Below, piece after piece: positions 49,601-61,711 of a stretch of DNA of 64,000 nucleotides. This DNA comes from Fimicolochytrium jonesii (taxonomy: Eukaryota). The notes under the pieces are model-generated. The model saw only the letters and a list, made by a program, of their open reading frames with translations. It had not been told where the DNA came from and did no database searches. Each line of letters starts with the position of its first letter. Within the stretch, counting starts at the first letter, position 1. The stretch covers positions 248,001 to 312,000 of the forward strand of contig NW_026515679.1 of the NCBI RefSeq assembly GCF_025526975.1, given 5' to 3'. The translations under genes and the position numbers were made by a program.

Positions 49601-52033
49601 GTGATCGATACCGCTGCTGCCGTCGGTCACGGGACCGCCAACGCTGTCACGGGCACGGCGTCGGCGGTCGCGTCTGCTGGAACCTCGGTCGTCAAGGGAG
49701 TTATCGCCGCGCCGGTTGCGCTCGCCCACGGTGTCGCGTCGGCTGGATCTTCAGTTGTCCACGGCGTCGCTGCGGCACCGGGCGCGATTGTCCACGGTGT
49801 CGCCTCAGCCGGTAGCGCCGTCGTCGCCGCCCCCGGCGCCGTCGTCCGCGGTGTCGCGTCCGCAGGCTCTTCCGTCGCCTCCGGTGTCGTCGCAGCCCCC
49901 TCGGCTCTCGCCTCCACAGTCGCGTCGGTCCTCCCCGGCGGCTCCAAGAAACCCACCACCGAAACCGAAGAAACGCAATCCCCCGTCGCCGCCGAAACCG
50001 GCATCCGCACCCTCCCCGAATGGAAACAAGGCACGGCTGACTCGACCGCGTCCGAGGAACAGAAACCCACCCCCATCGAAGAACTCAAATACGCCGAGGA
50101 AGTCGAGCGCGAACGCCGCGATCGCCCGGGCGCCACCGGCCGGCAGGTCTGGGAACACTCGCGTCAGGAAGCGCGGGCGTTCACCGAGGGCATCCGTGAG
50201 CATCTTGGCGAGGGCGCGACCATCCCGGCGTTGAACGTGCCCAGGAGGGAGCTTGTGCGGGAGGCCGAGGAGGTTGAGCGCGCGGAACGTGAGCACGCAG
50301 AGGGGTACCAGAGGGGCTTGGCTGCTGAGCAGGCCCGCGCTTTCACGGAGGGCCTTGCGGGCGCCAGTGGGTCTGCGGACAGGTTGAAGTCGGCTGCTGA
50401 TATTGCTTTGGGCCGTCGGTTGGAGAGCGAGATTGAGAAGGAGCGGGAGTTGAGGACGGGTGAGGACAATGCTGAGGGAGCGCACAACGTCGCCTCGGCG
50501 TTCCGCGAGGGGGTGCACGAGGAGGGTAACGGTGCCGTCAACCTCGCCAAACGCGCTCTGACCCGTGAGGCCGAAGAGGTCGCTCGGGATGAGAAGACCG
50601 CCGGCTCGCAAATGTACAACCAGCAGAGCGCGGAGAAGGTCGCCAGTCTCTTCCAGGCTGGAATCGCCGGTGACAGCGCCAGCAAGACCCCCGCGGCCTC
50701 GGTCGCAAAGCTCGGCCAGCTCCGCGACGCTGAGGAAGTTGAACGTGACGAGCGTATCGAAGACAAGAAAGCGCTCGAGTCTCACGCCCACGATGAGGCG
50801 AAGCTCGTCAAGGACGCTTTGCAGTCCGGCTCGATCGAGCTCCACCACGCTACTGGCGGATACAAGCTTAACGAACTGGACCAACTTGAGGAGGCTGAAC
50901 GCGAACGTCGTATCAAGGAAGGCGAGCATCCCACCGCCTCTGCGACTGCCGACGCCCTCCGCGAAGGACTCGAGCAGGCCCGTGGCAGCGCTGAGGTTCC
51001 GCCCGCGTTGAACATTGCCGGCCGTGAGCAGTTGAGGTCTTTGGAGGAGGACGAGCGCGCTGAACGTGTGCAATCCCAGGACCAGCTTCGGACTAGCGGA
51101 TCCCCCACTCGTCTCGCGTTCGCGCTTCGTGCCGGTTTGTTGCGGGACCACCATAACCCCGCGGTGGATGTTGCGAGGACCGCTGCTGAAGAGAACCCTG
51201 CCGAGTCTTCCCTTGCGGGCAAGCATGCGACGGGAATCACCCCTTCGGCCCTGAATGCGGACACCGAGACGGCTCCTAGCAGCGTCTACAAGCAGGAGAA
51301 GGCCAACCTCAGCTCCGACGCCCCCGGCAGCGTCCCCATCCAGGAATGGTCGCCCTCAAGCAAGGTGCTCGGCACGCAGTCCCTCGTGCCCGAAGGCGAG
51401 GGTTCCAGCTCGGCGCCCTCGCTCGGTGAGGAGAAAGACGGTAGCCGCAGCCCACCCTCCACCCCCTACGAAGCCTCCACCATCCCTCAAATCATCGCAC
51501 CCACCCCGGGTTTCCCCACCCTCCCCATCTCCTCCGACCTCGCCGCCCCCATCCCCCAACACGACACCCTCCCCGACTACCAAAAGCGCCGCTCCCTGAC
51601 CCCCGACGCTCGCCCACCTACACCCAACCGCGACGCGTCCATCGGCAAGATCAGCAGCACGCAGGACGCGGGCTTGGAAACCATCCGCCCCGCCCCGTCC
51701 GACGACCCCGCCGCCGTGCTGGACCCGAACCTCTCCTCGCACCACCCCACAAACAACAGCAACCGCAAAGTCAGCACCGACTCGACCGCCTCCACCCACT
51801 CCTCCTCGACCGGCTCGCGCAAACGCCACTTTGACCCCGACCACCCGCACCGCGTGCACGCGGTCATGGAGAAGGCGGTCGGCAAGATCGAGGCGGCCTT
51901 TGGGAAAGTGCTGCACAAGGAATCACTGGTTGTCGGTGGGCATGAGCGCGTCGAGGATGCGGCCGCGGAGCTGGAGCTGGTCAAACAGAGGAGGAGGTCC
52001 AGCGCGGGTAACTCGCCGACGCCCCCACACTAG
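46664..52033 (+). CDS. Very large Ala/Thr/Val/Glu-rich repeat protein (LEA/perilipin-like 11-mers plus ~48-aa repeats)
   Basis: Three exons (46664-46907, ~47077-49146, ~49269-52033) join in frame through gtgagt..ag introns. The ORFs are long with strong codon bias. Confidence 0.75.
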
Positions 52034-52690
52034 TTTTGGGTTCTATTCACATCAGCCCCCCCTCAGTGGGTTTTTCTTTTCGCCCTGGAGTATTTGGGGA
52101 ACGGCTCTTTGGCTACCTTTAGTATCCCCCCCGCCCCGCTATGGTGGCGAACCCCTCCCCCCCCCCCCCCCCCCCCCCCCCCCGCGGGCCTGATTTTTGA
52201 AACCGAGTTTGTGTGTGTGTTTTTCCTTTTTTTATTTTTGTTATAAGGGGCCGCGCCCGTGCTTTTGATGCAATAAAATTGTCGAATCTTGAGATGTTTT
52301 GATGTGGGTGCTTTGACTTGCTATATCGGTCCACCATCTCCACCATAGGTTACCTTACGAAGAAAATGGAAGCAGCTTTATTTCGGCCAGCGGGGGCCGG
52401 AGTCATCCCAGACTGCGGGATCCCCAGACCAGGGTCTTTCAGTTCCCTTCTCACCGTTCCTGTGCCTGCATCCTTGCAGGAAGTCCCAGATCCGGGCCTG
52501 CAGACCGACTTCCGGGATTGAAGTATGATTTCTGGGGATGTGCCTTCTCCGATGGAAAATGTAGAGTGATATGTACACGGAGTGTGTGTGTGAATGAAGA
52601 GATTCTATGGTCTTCGTCCGCCAATCATAGCGGACAGATGGATGGGCTAACGAGGGCTCGTAGAGGCGAGGTGGGGAGGAGGTGTGAACG

Positions 52691-53946
52691 TTACTGAGAC
52701 TTGCTGAGTAAGTCAGCAAAGGCTTTTGCTGAAGGAGGTTTGCGTGTGGGGTCGAAAATGGAGTGGAGGGTCGCTCGCAGTTCTGTTGATGGGAACCGGG
52801 GGGGGAGTCAAGGGTCAAACTCTGGGGAGGAGGCAATAAGCGGGAACCAACCCACCTCTGGAAATCGGCACATCCCTCTCCCCCAGCAACCTCAACCCCT
52901 CGACATGACTCGCATCAAACTTCCCATCCTCCGCCGTCCTCCCCACCACCATCTCCAACACCACCCTCGCCAGCGCGCGGACGTCCTCGTCTAACGCCTC
53001 GACCCCCTGCTCACCGCGACTCCCGACATGATGCGCGGTGCCCAGATCCATCAGTTTCGCCGTGCGCCCGTCCACGTGCACGTTGGCCGGGCGCACGTCC
53101 CCGTGGCATATTCCCGCGGCGTGGAGGTATGCGAGCGCCGAGGCGAGCTGGGCGGCCCATTCAATTGCCTGCGACACGGTTGGCTGACCGAACTGGGCGG
53201 TGAAGTAGCGGAGCCGGTGGCCGAAGAGTTCCATGAGGATGGCGAGTGCGGGTGGGGAGGTGGGGGAAACGGGCGTTTCGTAGGATTGGATGTAGTTGAT
53301 GAGGTGCGGGTGGGAAAGGTGTGGCGCGGATTCGGCTTCGAAGGAGTATTGGAGGTTGGGGTCGATGTCGTCCTTTGGGAGGAACTTTAGTGCAAACTAC
53401 GAGGATAGATGATGCGGAGGACGGGGTCAGAATATGCCCTTCCGGAGCGTACAATATCCATAACAGGGAGAGAACGCTCGCGGTTCGGCTCGGGACAAAA
53501 GACATCATTCTCCCTTTTCCATCGCCGCTCTCCGCTCGCTCGCCTCACACTCGCATGCCCCTCACCTTCTCACCCGTATCCTTCTGAACAACCTCAAAAA
53601 CCTCCGTGAAAGCACCCGCTCCCAAAAACCTCCCCACACGATAATCCCGCTCAATCTCCTTTGGCAGCGCAAAACTACAAGCCACCTTCGAAAACTTCGT
53701 TTCTTCAGGCAGCGGAGTGGGATCTTGACGCGTGAAAATCGAGATGGGGCGCGATTGCACGTGGTGATGAGGCGACTGTGGTGGGAGGTGCTGTGAGAGT
53801 GAACATTTCGAGGCGGTGGAAAGGGTGCTGAGGAGGATGGATGAAGCGGAAGGGCGAGGACAGGAGCGGGCGAGGGAGGAGTAGAGGAGGCAAAGGCCGA
53901 GGGTGCGTTGGAGGTTGTGGGTGAGTGAACGTCTGGCGGTGTTCAT
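52691..53946 (-). CDS. Atypical Ser/Thr kinase-like protein
   Basis: LGAGAFTEV, FALK, LAYLHAAGICHGDVRPANV and DLG. The activation segment is short with no APE. The last exon reads ELRATLHSIFDPTRKPP..SQ*. Confidence 0.8.
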
Positions 53947-54154
53947 TTTTTTTGGCCGAGAGCGTCGATCGCTTGGTGGGGTGGGTTGAGAGGAGAAGAA
54001 CGGCTTATCCACGGCGTGCTGGATCTTGTTAGCCAGTACTAGAAGGTATGGAGGGAGGGTATGGAGGGTGATGCACTTTTCCTCGTGTCGTTGAACCAAA
54101 ACGGAAGCCACCCTTCACACCCCCACCGTAACAGATGAATAACAAGACTTGCAC

Positions 54155-54174
54155 TCAGGGTTAGGGTTAGGGTT
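54155..54174 (+). repeat. Short telomere-like (TTAGGG) tract in a promoter region
   Basis: tcagggttagggttagggtt, ~210 bp upstream of the kinase ATG. Confidence 0.6.
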
Positions 54175-54507
54175 GTCCTCGCTGTCACCCGTGTCAATGT
54201 TGTCACGCCGTCAACTTGCCCCCTCCAAGAGTGGGGACAGCTGGAACGTAGGACACTGGCGAGCCTTCGTTCTAGCCCGAGGCTGTCGCAAGGTGCCCAA
54301 GCGTCAGGAGAATGTGATATGCAGCGTTAAGTGTGAAGCAGGCATGCTTCGCACTTAATGTGCAACATCAGGGATTATTGTGACTCGAGTAGGATAACTG
54401 TTCAATCTACGGACTCCCTAGTCCTAACTCGGAAAACGTCACATGTCCCAACGCAGTGTATAACCTCCTTGCCACGTCCAAATGCCACGAGCGTCCCCAT
54501 ATGTCAT

Positions 54508-55330
54508 CTAATCCCTAACCCACCTCCACGTCCAATTCCCCTCCCACCCTCTCTCATCCGCCTCCTTCAACGACCTCCCATACCTCTCCGCCTCCACAAA
54601 CCACCGACTCCACCGCCACCTCTCCGGATACTTAATACTCCGTAACCGTCCCCGATACGGCAGCCCCAGCACATGCATATGCAGATGTGGCACGGACGTG
54701 AATGGCGGGACGTGGAAGCCGAGACGGTGCCTGGAAGGGGGATAGCCCATGTCGGAGAGGAGAGTGTGCCCGATTTGGGACATGCGGGAGATGAGCGGGT
54801 GTGAGGATGCGGGGAGGTCTTTGACGGTGGGGATGTGGGCGCGGGGGATGAGGAGGAGGTGGGTGGAGGCGGAGGGGTTGATGTCGTGGAAGGCTACGAA
54901 TTCTTCGTTCTGTTGGGGTGGAGATAAGATGTGGGTCAGCGTCTGGGGGACTTCTCTGTTGGGAGACGCAATGGGTAGCGGTAATGCACATCCCCTCACA
55001 GTGCCATCAGCCACCCCAAGTCTCCAAACCTACCTGGAAAACCACCCTCGCCCGCTCATCCGTCCCATTCGCGATCCCACAAAACACACACTGTCTTCCT
55101 GTGCCACCCTCGCCATCCCCCAACTTCTGACTCTCCTCAGCACCCACTACCCCGAAACATCCCGTGAGAGACGAAAGCCAGGCGGGCATCTCAACTTGCG
55201 TGCACCAGAGGTCGTGGAGGATGTGGATGTCGCTGTGCTCGGTGGATATCGATAGGGACGGGGTAAGGAGGAGGAGCAGGAGAGGCGTGAGGATGATGAA
55301 GAGGTGGAGGAGGGTGCGGGGGAGGGGCAT
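54508..55330 (-). CDS. HIT-family nucleotide hydrolase (HINT3-like)
   Basis: CVFCGIA, FVAFHDINPSASTHLLLIPRAHI and LGFHVPPFTSVPHLHMHVL (HxHxH triad). One intron. Confidence 0.9.
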
Positions 55331-55831
55331 GCGGCGGGGCCAGAGTGTTTCGAGCCGGAATTCACGGCTCTTGTTTTGTCGAAACTTGTTGCCTTTAGCG
55401 TACTGTATGTATATATGAGGCCGTGTGCGTGGAGCCCCGGAGCTGTTCCCACCACCAGCACCACCACCTGCGGTCTCTGCGGTCGTTCGCAATGGGCCGT
55501 TCGGATGTCCACGGGCGAAAGGTATATATATAGCACCTATTAACGCGCCCTGTCAATGCGGCATGGCCTGTCAAAGACTCCGCTCTCACGCTGCTGCATC
55601 TGTCAGCTCCCACCCACATATGCAGCATTTTGGTTTTCTCGTACGTAGATACGTATGGCTCTACAATGGCGTAGGAGATGTTAAACGTTGGAACCGAGTA
55701 TCATACTCACATACTCGTATATACACAGGATTTAGAGGATATTTGTCCTTGAACTCCCAAAACATTCAAAAATGCCTATGCTACGCACGAAAATGCGAAC
55801 GAGGCCTAGCAAGAACTGCTATGTCGGAGTT

Positions 55832-56418
55832 TTACCAGCTTCCCAGTCCTGTCGGCGGTATGAGTAATAATGAGCATATCTGAACATAGCCTTCAACCAC
55901 ATACACATCCCAAAAACCCACAGACCTACCATCAAAACCGCATCCAACCTCCCATTCTCCACCCTCAACTCCCTCAACCGTCCCTCCACCTTCCCCTTCA
56001 TCCCCACCAACCCCTCCACCCTCCTCACCATCGCCTCCAGTTCCGCCTTGGCCCGATTCTTCTCCGCCTCCAACGCCTCGCACTCCGTCCCGTGCGCGGC
56101 GGCTTGCTCGCGGAGGAGGGTGGTGGTCTGCATCATCCGTGTGAGGGCGTCGTGGGCGGTGCGCGTTTGGGTTGTGAGGGTTGTTAGGGAGGTTGCTAGT
56201 TTTGTGCCGGGGAGTTGGGGTTGTTGGGAGGAGGGTTGCGGCTGCGAGGAGGAAGGGCCGCCGGCAGGAGAGCCGGCGCTGCGTTCGGTGACGGAGGGCA
56301 AGGGGAGAGGTTTGGATGTGGTGTTAATTCCGCTGTTGCTGGTTGAGTTTTTAGAGGTGGGGCTGGGGCGGGATTTAGGGTCAGTTGGCGGGCGGGAGGG
56401 TTGTGGTGGGTCTGACAT
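55832..56418 (-). CDS. Hypothetical small coiled-coil protein
   Basis: A Pro/Ser-rich N-terminus followed by heptad-like CEALEAEKNRAKAELEAMVRRVEGL..LRELRVENGRL. The 3' end is uncertain (probable short intron). Confidence 0.55.
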
Positions 56419-56964
56419 CTCGCAGGAAGGTGTTTGCTGGGTGGGGATGTGTCCACCGTAGGATCTGCTGGACGTGAGTCTCTGAGGGCGATGTTGTCGA
56501 TGCTGTCACGCATCACGCGTCGGCGTCACGCCGTCAACTTGCCCTCCTGCATTCACCCCCCTTGACCGACAAAAACAACCAACAAATACCCTGTTTCCGT
56601 ACTTTCCGCGCTACCATTCGAGGCCCAAGCTGATCCAACTCGTCGCTCGCTTCAAGTAAAATTGTGCTCGCAACGCTGGTTTCTCGCGTCTTGGAAAAAA
56701 CTCGGAACACATACCAGAGACACCCTTACTCTTACGTTACTGTCCGGATTTCTGTTCCTTCTTCGGAAACGCTTCCTTCTTCGGCAACGCTTCTGCTCCA
56801 TTTGAGACATTCGCAACTCGTCGAATACCGTCGCCTATTGATCTGAGAGTGAGGGGAGAATCCTATCTATCTCCGGTGTCACGCCGCCCGAGCTTCAACG
56901 TTCGGTTCCTCCGTGCCGCACCTTTCGTCCGTCGGCGTTTTCCGACCGCCGAGAAAACAACAGC

Positions 56965-58570
56965 ATGGGCACCGTCAACTCCAACCTCGCCCGTAAGTAC
57001 CACCTCGATGCCTGGGATACACGTGAAAACACCCACAATCCCTGAGTTCACATAGGGGTGCTCCCTGCACCACATCTCACACGAATGATTCACAACCCTC
57101 TGTTCTCAACTGACATCTAATTTTCCCCGTCTTGTTCGATCAGCAGAACCCAGCATCGCTAACGATCCCTCAACATTCTCCACATATCCAACCCCGACGC
57201 CCACCGTGACGCTCAAAACACCATCCTTCTCCTCCTCGTCTTCGCCGCGCGATATCGAATTAAGACGAGCAAGTCTTGCCACCGCCTCCTCCTTTTCTTC
57301 TTCATCATCTTGGGAAACTCAGTCGTATCTTCACGGCGCCTGCCTACCCGTCGTCTCGTCAAGCGCAAAGCGGCAACCCACCACCACCCCCACCATGATA
57401 TCAACAACGTCAAATCCCTCCTACCCGCCCAACACCAACCCCTTCCCCCACCTCCCCACCGACCTCCTCCTCCTCCTCCTCCAACACCTGCCCCCCTCCA
57501 CCCTGCACCGCTTCTCCCTCACCTGCCGCCAACTGCACGTCCTCATCCAATCCAACACGGAAGCCCTGTACCGCCACCGCGTCCTCACCCGCTTCCGCCT
57601 GCAACCCCAACGCGCGCACCACTCGTTCAGGCTACGCCATGAGGGCATCCAGGAACAGACCTGGGCCGACATGTACTGGCGGCTGAGCGTGCTGAGGACG
57701 CGGTGGGTCGGGTGGGCTCTCGATCGCGCCACCAACGCATTCGAGTGCTACCCCATGGAGTTTGTGGTCAAAAACGTCGCCGTAGCCGGTGACGAGGGGG
57801 GTGTCACCGGGTCCTTAGGGCGTAGCCGGGGCGGGGCCGAACCCACGGGGCGAGGGGGTGCGCATCGCCGCAACCGGCTCACGCTGTTGGGGATCTGCCG
57901 GTGGCGCACGATCGCGGACGCCATCACCAAGGTCAAAGGCACGCTGACGGTCTCGGAGACGCACTCGACGTCGATCACGTTCAAGGAGACCCAGCTGATC
58001 CGCGGGCCGCCCAACACCGTCGCCGTGCCCAACACATACACCGCCGAGTGCTTCGGGTCCGTGATGCTCGGGATGTACGACCCCAACGCGTCCGCCCACT
58101 ACCGCGGCGTGTTTGCGTTGGTCATGGAGGAATGCTTCTGGGCGGCCCAGGAGGGCGCCGACGAGGTGATTTCGTTCACGAGCGGGGAGACGCATTTTGG
58201 GGTCGTGACGACGGTGGATGCCGCGCAGCAGAGGGTCTATGCGCGGTGTCGGCTGGGGTTTGGCGGTGATGGGGCGGGCGAGTTTGTGATGGAGGCGGAT
58301 TCGAGAGGCGGACAGGGGATTCATCATCATGGGGAGCTCAATGCGGCGGGCGAGCATGCGGCGCTGGTAACGATGGCGCAGACACCAGCCGGCGCGTTGC
58401 ATTTCAGCCCAAAGGCGGAACCGAGGGCCGTGCAGCCGTGGTGGGCGGTGCCGCCTGTCGCGCCGTGGCCGTGTTTGCCCGAGGGGAGGGTGGACATACG
58501 CAAGGTGGGGAATGTGGTGTTGGGGATGTTTGTGGAGCCGGTCATGGGGTGTTTTTATATTGGGTTGTGA
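56965..58570 (+). CDS. F-box protein with a predicted N-myristoylation site
   Basis: F-box FPHLPTDLLLLLLQHLPPSTLHRFSLTCRQLH. Micro-exon ATGGGCACCGTCAACTCC (MGTVNS) joins the main ORF in frame via a gtaagt..cag intron. Confidence 0.8.
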
Positions 58571-58955
58571 TGGGGGGGGGGGGGGGGGGGGGGGGGGTGA
58601 GGGGGGGGATATGCGAGAGACGGTTCTTTTCCCTTTTCTTGGGAGTGTGTGATGTCCCGGACCCTCTTTTCTGATGATCTGTGATACCTTGTGTAGTATG
58701 GTTGTTTTTTGATCTTTCGCTCATTTTTTGGGAAGCATTTCTGATACCTGTCCCCGGACATTTTCCCGTCTCTCGAATAAAAACAATCTGGTTTTTTGGG
58801 CTGTTCTCATATGGTTCATATCGGAGTTTTCGCCGAGAAAGTGTCTTTGATTGCACAACGCCTAACGAAAAATCTAGCGCTACCGTCAACATCTCTTCTA
58901 ATCCATCTCATCCTACCTCTCATACACTCGAGTGTCCCCCACTTCATACCCAACT

Positions 58956-61539
58956 CTACAACTTCGCTTTATCCTTCTCCCCCGCGCCATTAACCGCCAA
59001 ACACACCTCCGCCATATCATCAAACACCTTCGCAAGCGTCTGCGTGAATTTGACGGAGGATGTGGGCGCGTACGAGAACTTGCTCTCGACGCCGATCTTG
59101 ACCAGCTTGCTGCCGATCATGTAGTTCATGCCGTAGCCGTCGGGGTACTGTACAAGGCGAATATCAGGAGTTGGCAATCGGAGACAAACCACATCCTCGC
59201 CAGAACCCAACATACCACAGTCCCAAACCCAGTCGACAGAATCCTCTCCCCCGGAAACAACCCACTGGTACTCAACCTCCAATGGCTGCTCTTTGCATAC
59301 GCCGGGTCCGTGTATATCTCGGCCGTTTCGCCGGGCTTCATCACCATCCGCAGACCGAGGAGGTGCCGGTCGACACCGCGGCCTTGGCCCGCGAGGTTGA
59401 GGTAGGCGACGTGGGCAGTGCAGGCTTTTTGGAGGAGGGTGTATTTTTCTTGGGGCTACGGAAGGAATAAATGCGCGGTGATGAGGGATGAGGGTTGTGA
59501 GGAAGTGTGAGAGATATGGGAGGACGTACCGAAAGCCCAGCCTTATCGAATGCCTCGACAAACGCCTTCGAGTCCGTGCTCAACGATCGGCAAGTTTCCG
59601 TCCGGCCATGCTTGAACTGCCGCGTGCTGGCCGTCTCGTACACCGCCGCAAACTCCTTGTGGATACGGTGGAACACGAGCTGGAGGGCCATCTGGACGTA
59701 TGCGTCTGGACTCGACTTTCCTATCGTACGGCACAACAAGGTCAGTATGACACAGAACATAGGGATCTACAAGCAGACGCCTGCATCGCAACACGTACCG
59801 GTCTTCTTCATGAAATCCGACCCATACTTGTTATACTGCAAAATGCTAACATCCGAGTCGGCAATCGCGACGGCCACGGTCTTTTCCGCGTCCGTGAGCT
59901 CCTGCGCTATCTTGTCGTCCGTGATCCATTCGAGGTGCTTGGGCGGTCGCATTGTCGCGTTTTGTTTGGCGGAGGCGGGGTTTGTTGCGGGTTCGCTGGT
60001 TTTCAGAGAGGGGGTTGGTCACTATAGAGCTGATGTAGTCTGGATTTATGTGTGTAGGACTCACTGTTTGACGACGTGGTCGGCGATGATGGCTGGTATC
60101 AGGGCGTCGCATGGGGAGTGCTGGGTGGACATGACCACATGAGTATCACCCTTTGTAAAGGGCATATGTGAAGATTTCATAACGCACCTCGCCGTTGACA
60201 CCCGTCCTTCCATCAGCCATGACACAGACAGAGTATGACTTGTCAAACCAACGATTGTGTCCGGTAAGCCCATGGGATGTATTTCCTGATGACCCAGTTT
60301 TTGATGAATGCATGTACACGTAGAAAATGAGTAATGCATCACGAAACCCACTTGCAACGTATTCGATGTCAGCAGGCAGGATGTAGTCGTCGAGCGAAAC
60401 GGCAAACAGGGCAGTCTCGATGCCCGCAAAGTTGTCTTTGTTGGCTTGTCCGAGCTTCTGCAGGTGCGAGTGGATCTGCGGGAAAGGGAAGGAATGGTTA
60501 AGATTGCATATCCGCCCGGCTGATATGCAAAAGGTCAGTAGGAACGCACCTCGGCCCACTTGTCACGGTGAAGGGCAGTGAACAGACTGATTGGCAGTTG
60601 CTTCTGATTCCCTGACTGCGCGTGTTCCAGAACAGACACCAGCTGCCTGAGTGTTCGGTCGGGTGAGATACAAGCTCCACGGGTTGATGAAGCGCGGTCT
60701 CGAAACAACACCTTTCAATGCTCTCAATGGTCACCCGGTTTCCCGTCGTCGCGTCATACACATCCACGAGATAGATCTGGTCCCGCGCAAGCACCACAAT
60801 GTGCTTGCTCGGGGAAGGGTGGGAGCCCACGTTGTAGTCACATCCAGCTTTCGGGACTCGGGTGATTCCGAAGAGGTTGCGGTATTGGTTCATGTCTAGA
60901 GGGCCTGTTCGCGTCGTATCGATCGATAACGTTTCCCTGTGAGAGTGAACAATACCACAGCGGTAAGTCGGTTGGATAGGGTCGGGCTCCCAGACCTTTG
61001 CGAAACGCGCACTCGCTAGCGCCTAGCGCCCATTGCATCCCACCCTCACCGCATACGTACGTATCAATCATATCCTTGTAATCCAGCAAATTGTTGACCA
61101 GCCCCGCCGCCCGCTTGACCTGAAACTTCGTAAACCCAGCCGACGGAACCACCGCCCTCTCCTTCCCCTCGCCCTTCCTGGGCATCAGCTCCTTGGGCGT
61201 CTCCGGATGATCCCTCAAAACCATATACCAATTCGAATTGATCATAACCGCCTCCCTCCAGCCATGGTACGCCAAGCTCAACCACCACCGTTCGAGCCAC
61301 GAATTGGGTTCGCGGCGGTCGTGCTCGCGTAGGCGGGTCTGGAGGTCATGGCCGAGTCCGCCTGGTTTGATGAAGTCGTGGACGATGGCTTCGGACTTTT
61401 TGTACTCTTCGGGGGTGAGGATGGGCACGAGGGTTTGGAGGTAGCGAGCGGCGGTTTCTTCGAGGGGTGGGATGGGCAGCCGGGGGAGGGTTTCCTGGAG
61501 GCTGAAGGTTTTTGGAGGTTTTTCTTGGGAGCCGGGCAT
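58956..61539 (-). CDS. Carnitine O-acyltransferase, C-terminal PTS1 (AKL)
   Basis: LPRLPIPPLEET, SWLERWW, NRWFDKS, E|HSPCDA (catalytic His), SPDAYVQMALQL, YETASTRQFKHGRTE, GRGVDRHL and LSTS. Ends in -KAKL. Confidence 0.95.
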
Positions 61540-61675
61540 CTTGCGGGGGGTGAGGTGGAATGGAGTGTGTGTTCAGGATGCTATGCGAGGAGGGCGGGGG
61601 TTCCTTCGTTTTCAGTCTTGCTTTGGTGGAGTGGAAGGTGGGCGGGATGTGGGGGTGGGGGGTTGCTGTGCCCTG

Positions 61676-61711
61676 GGGAGTTCTGGGAGTTCTGGGAGTT
61701 CTGGGAGTTCT
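61676..61711. repeat. 9-bp tandem repeat (GGGAGTTCT) x4 upstream of the carnitine acyltransferase
   Basis: Seen directly: gggagttct repeated four times. Confidence 0.85.

Noticed and set aside
54155..54174. Interstitial telomere or chromosome fusion scar
   Set aside because: There are only about three units and no inverted array, so a promoter motif is the better explanation.
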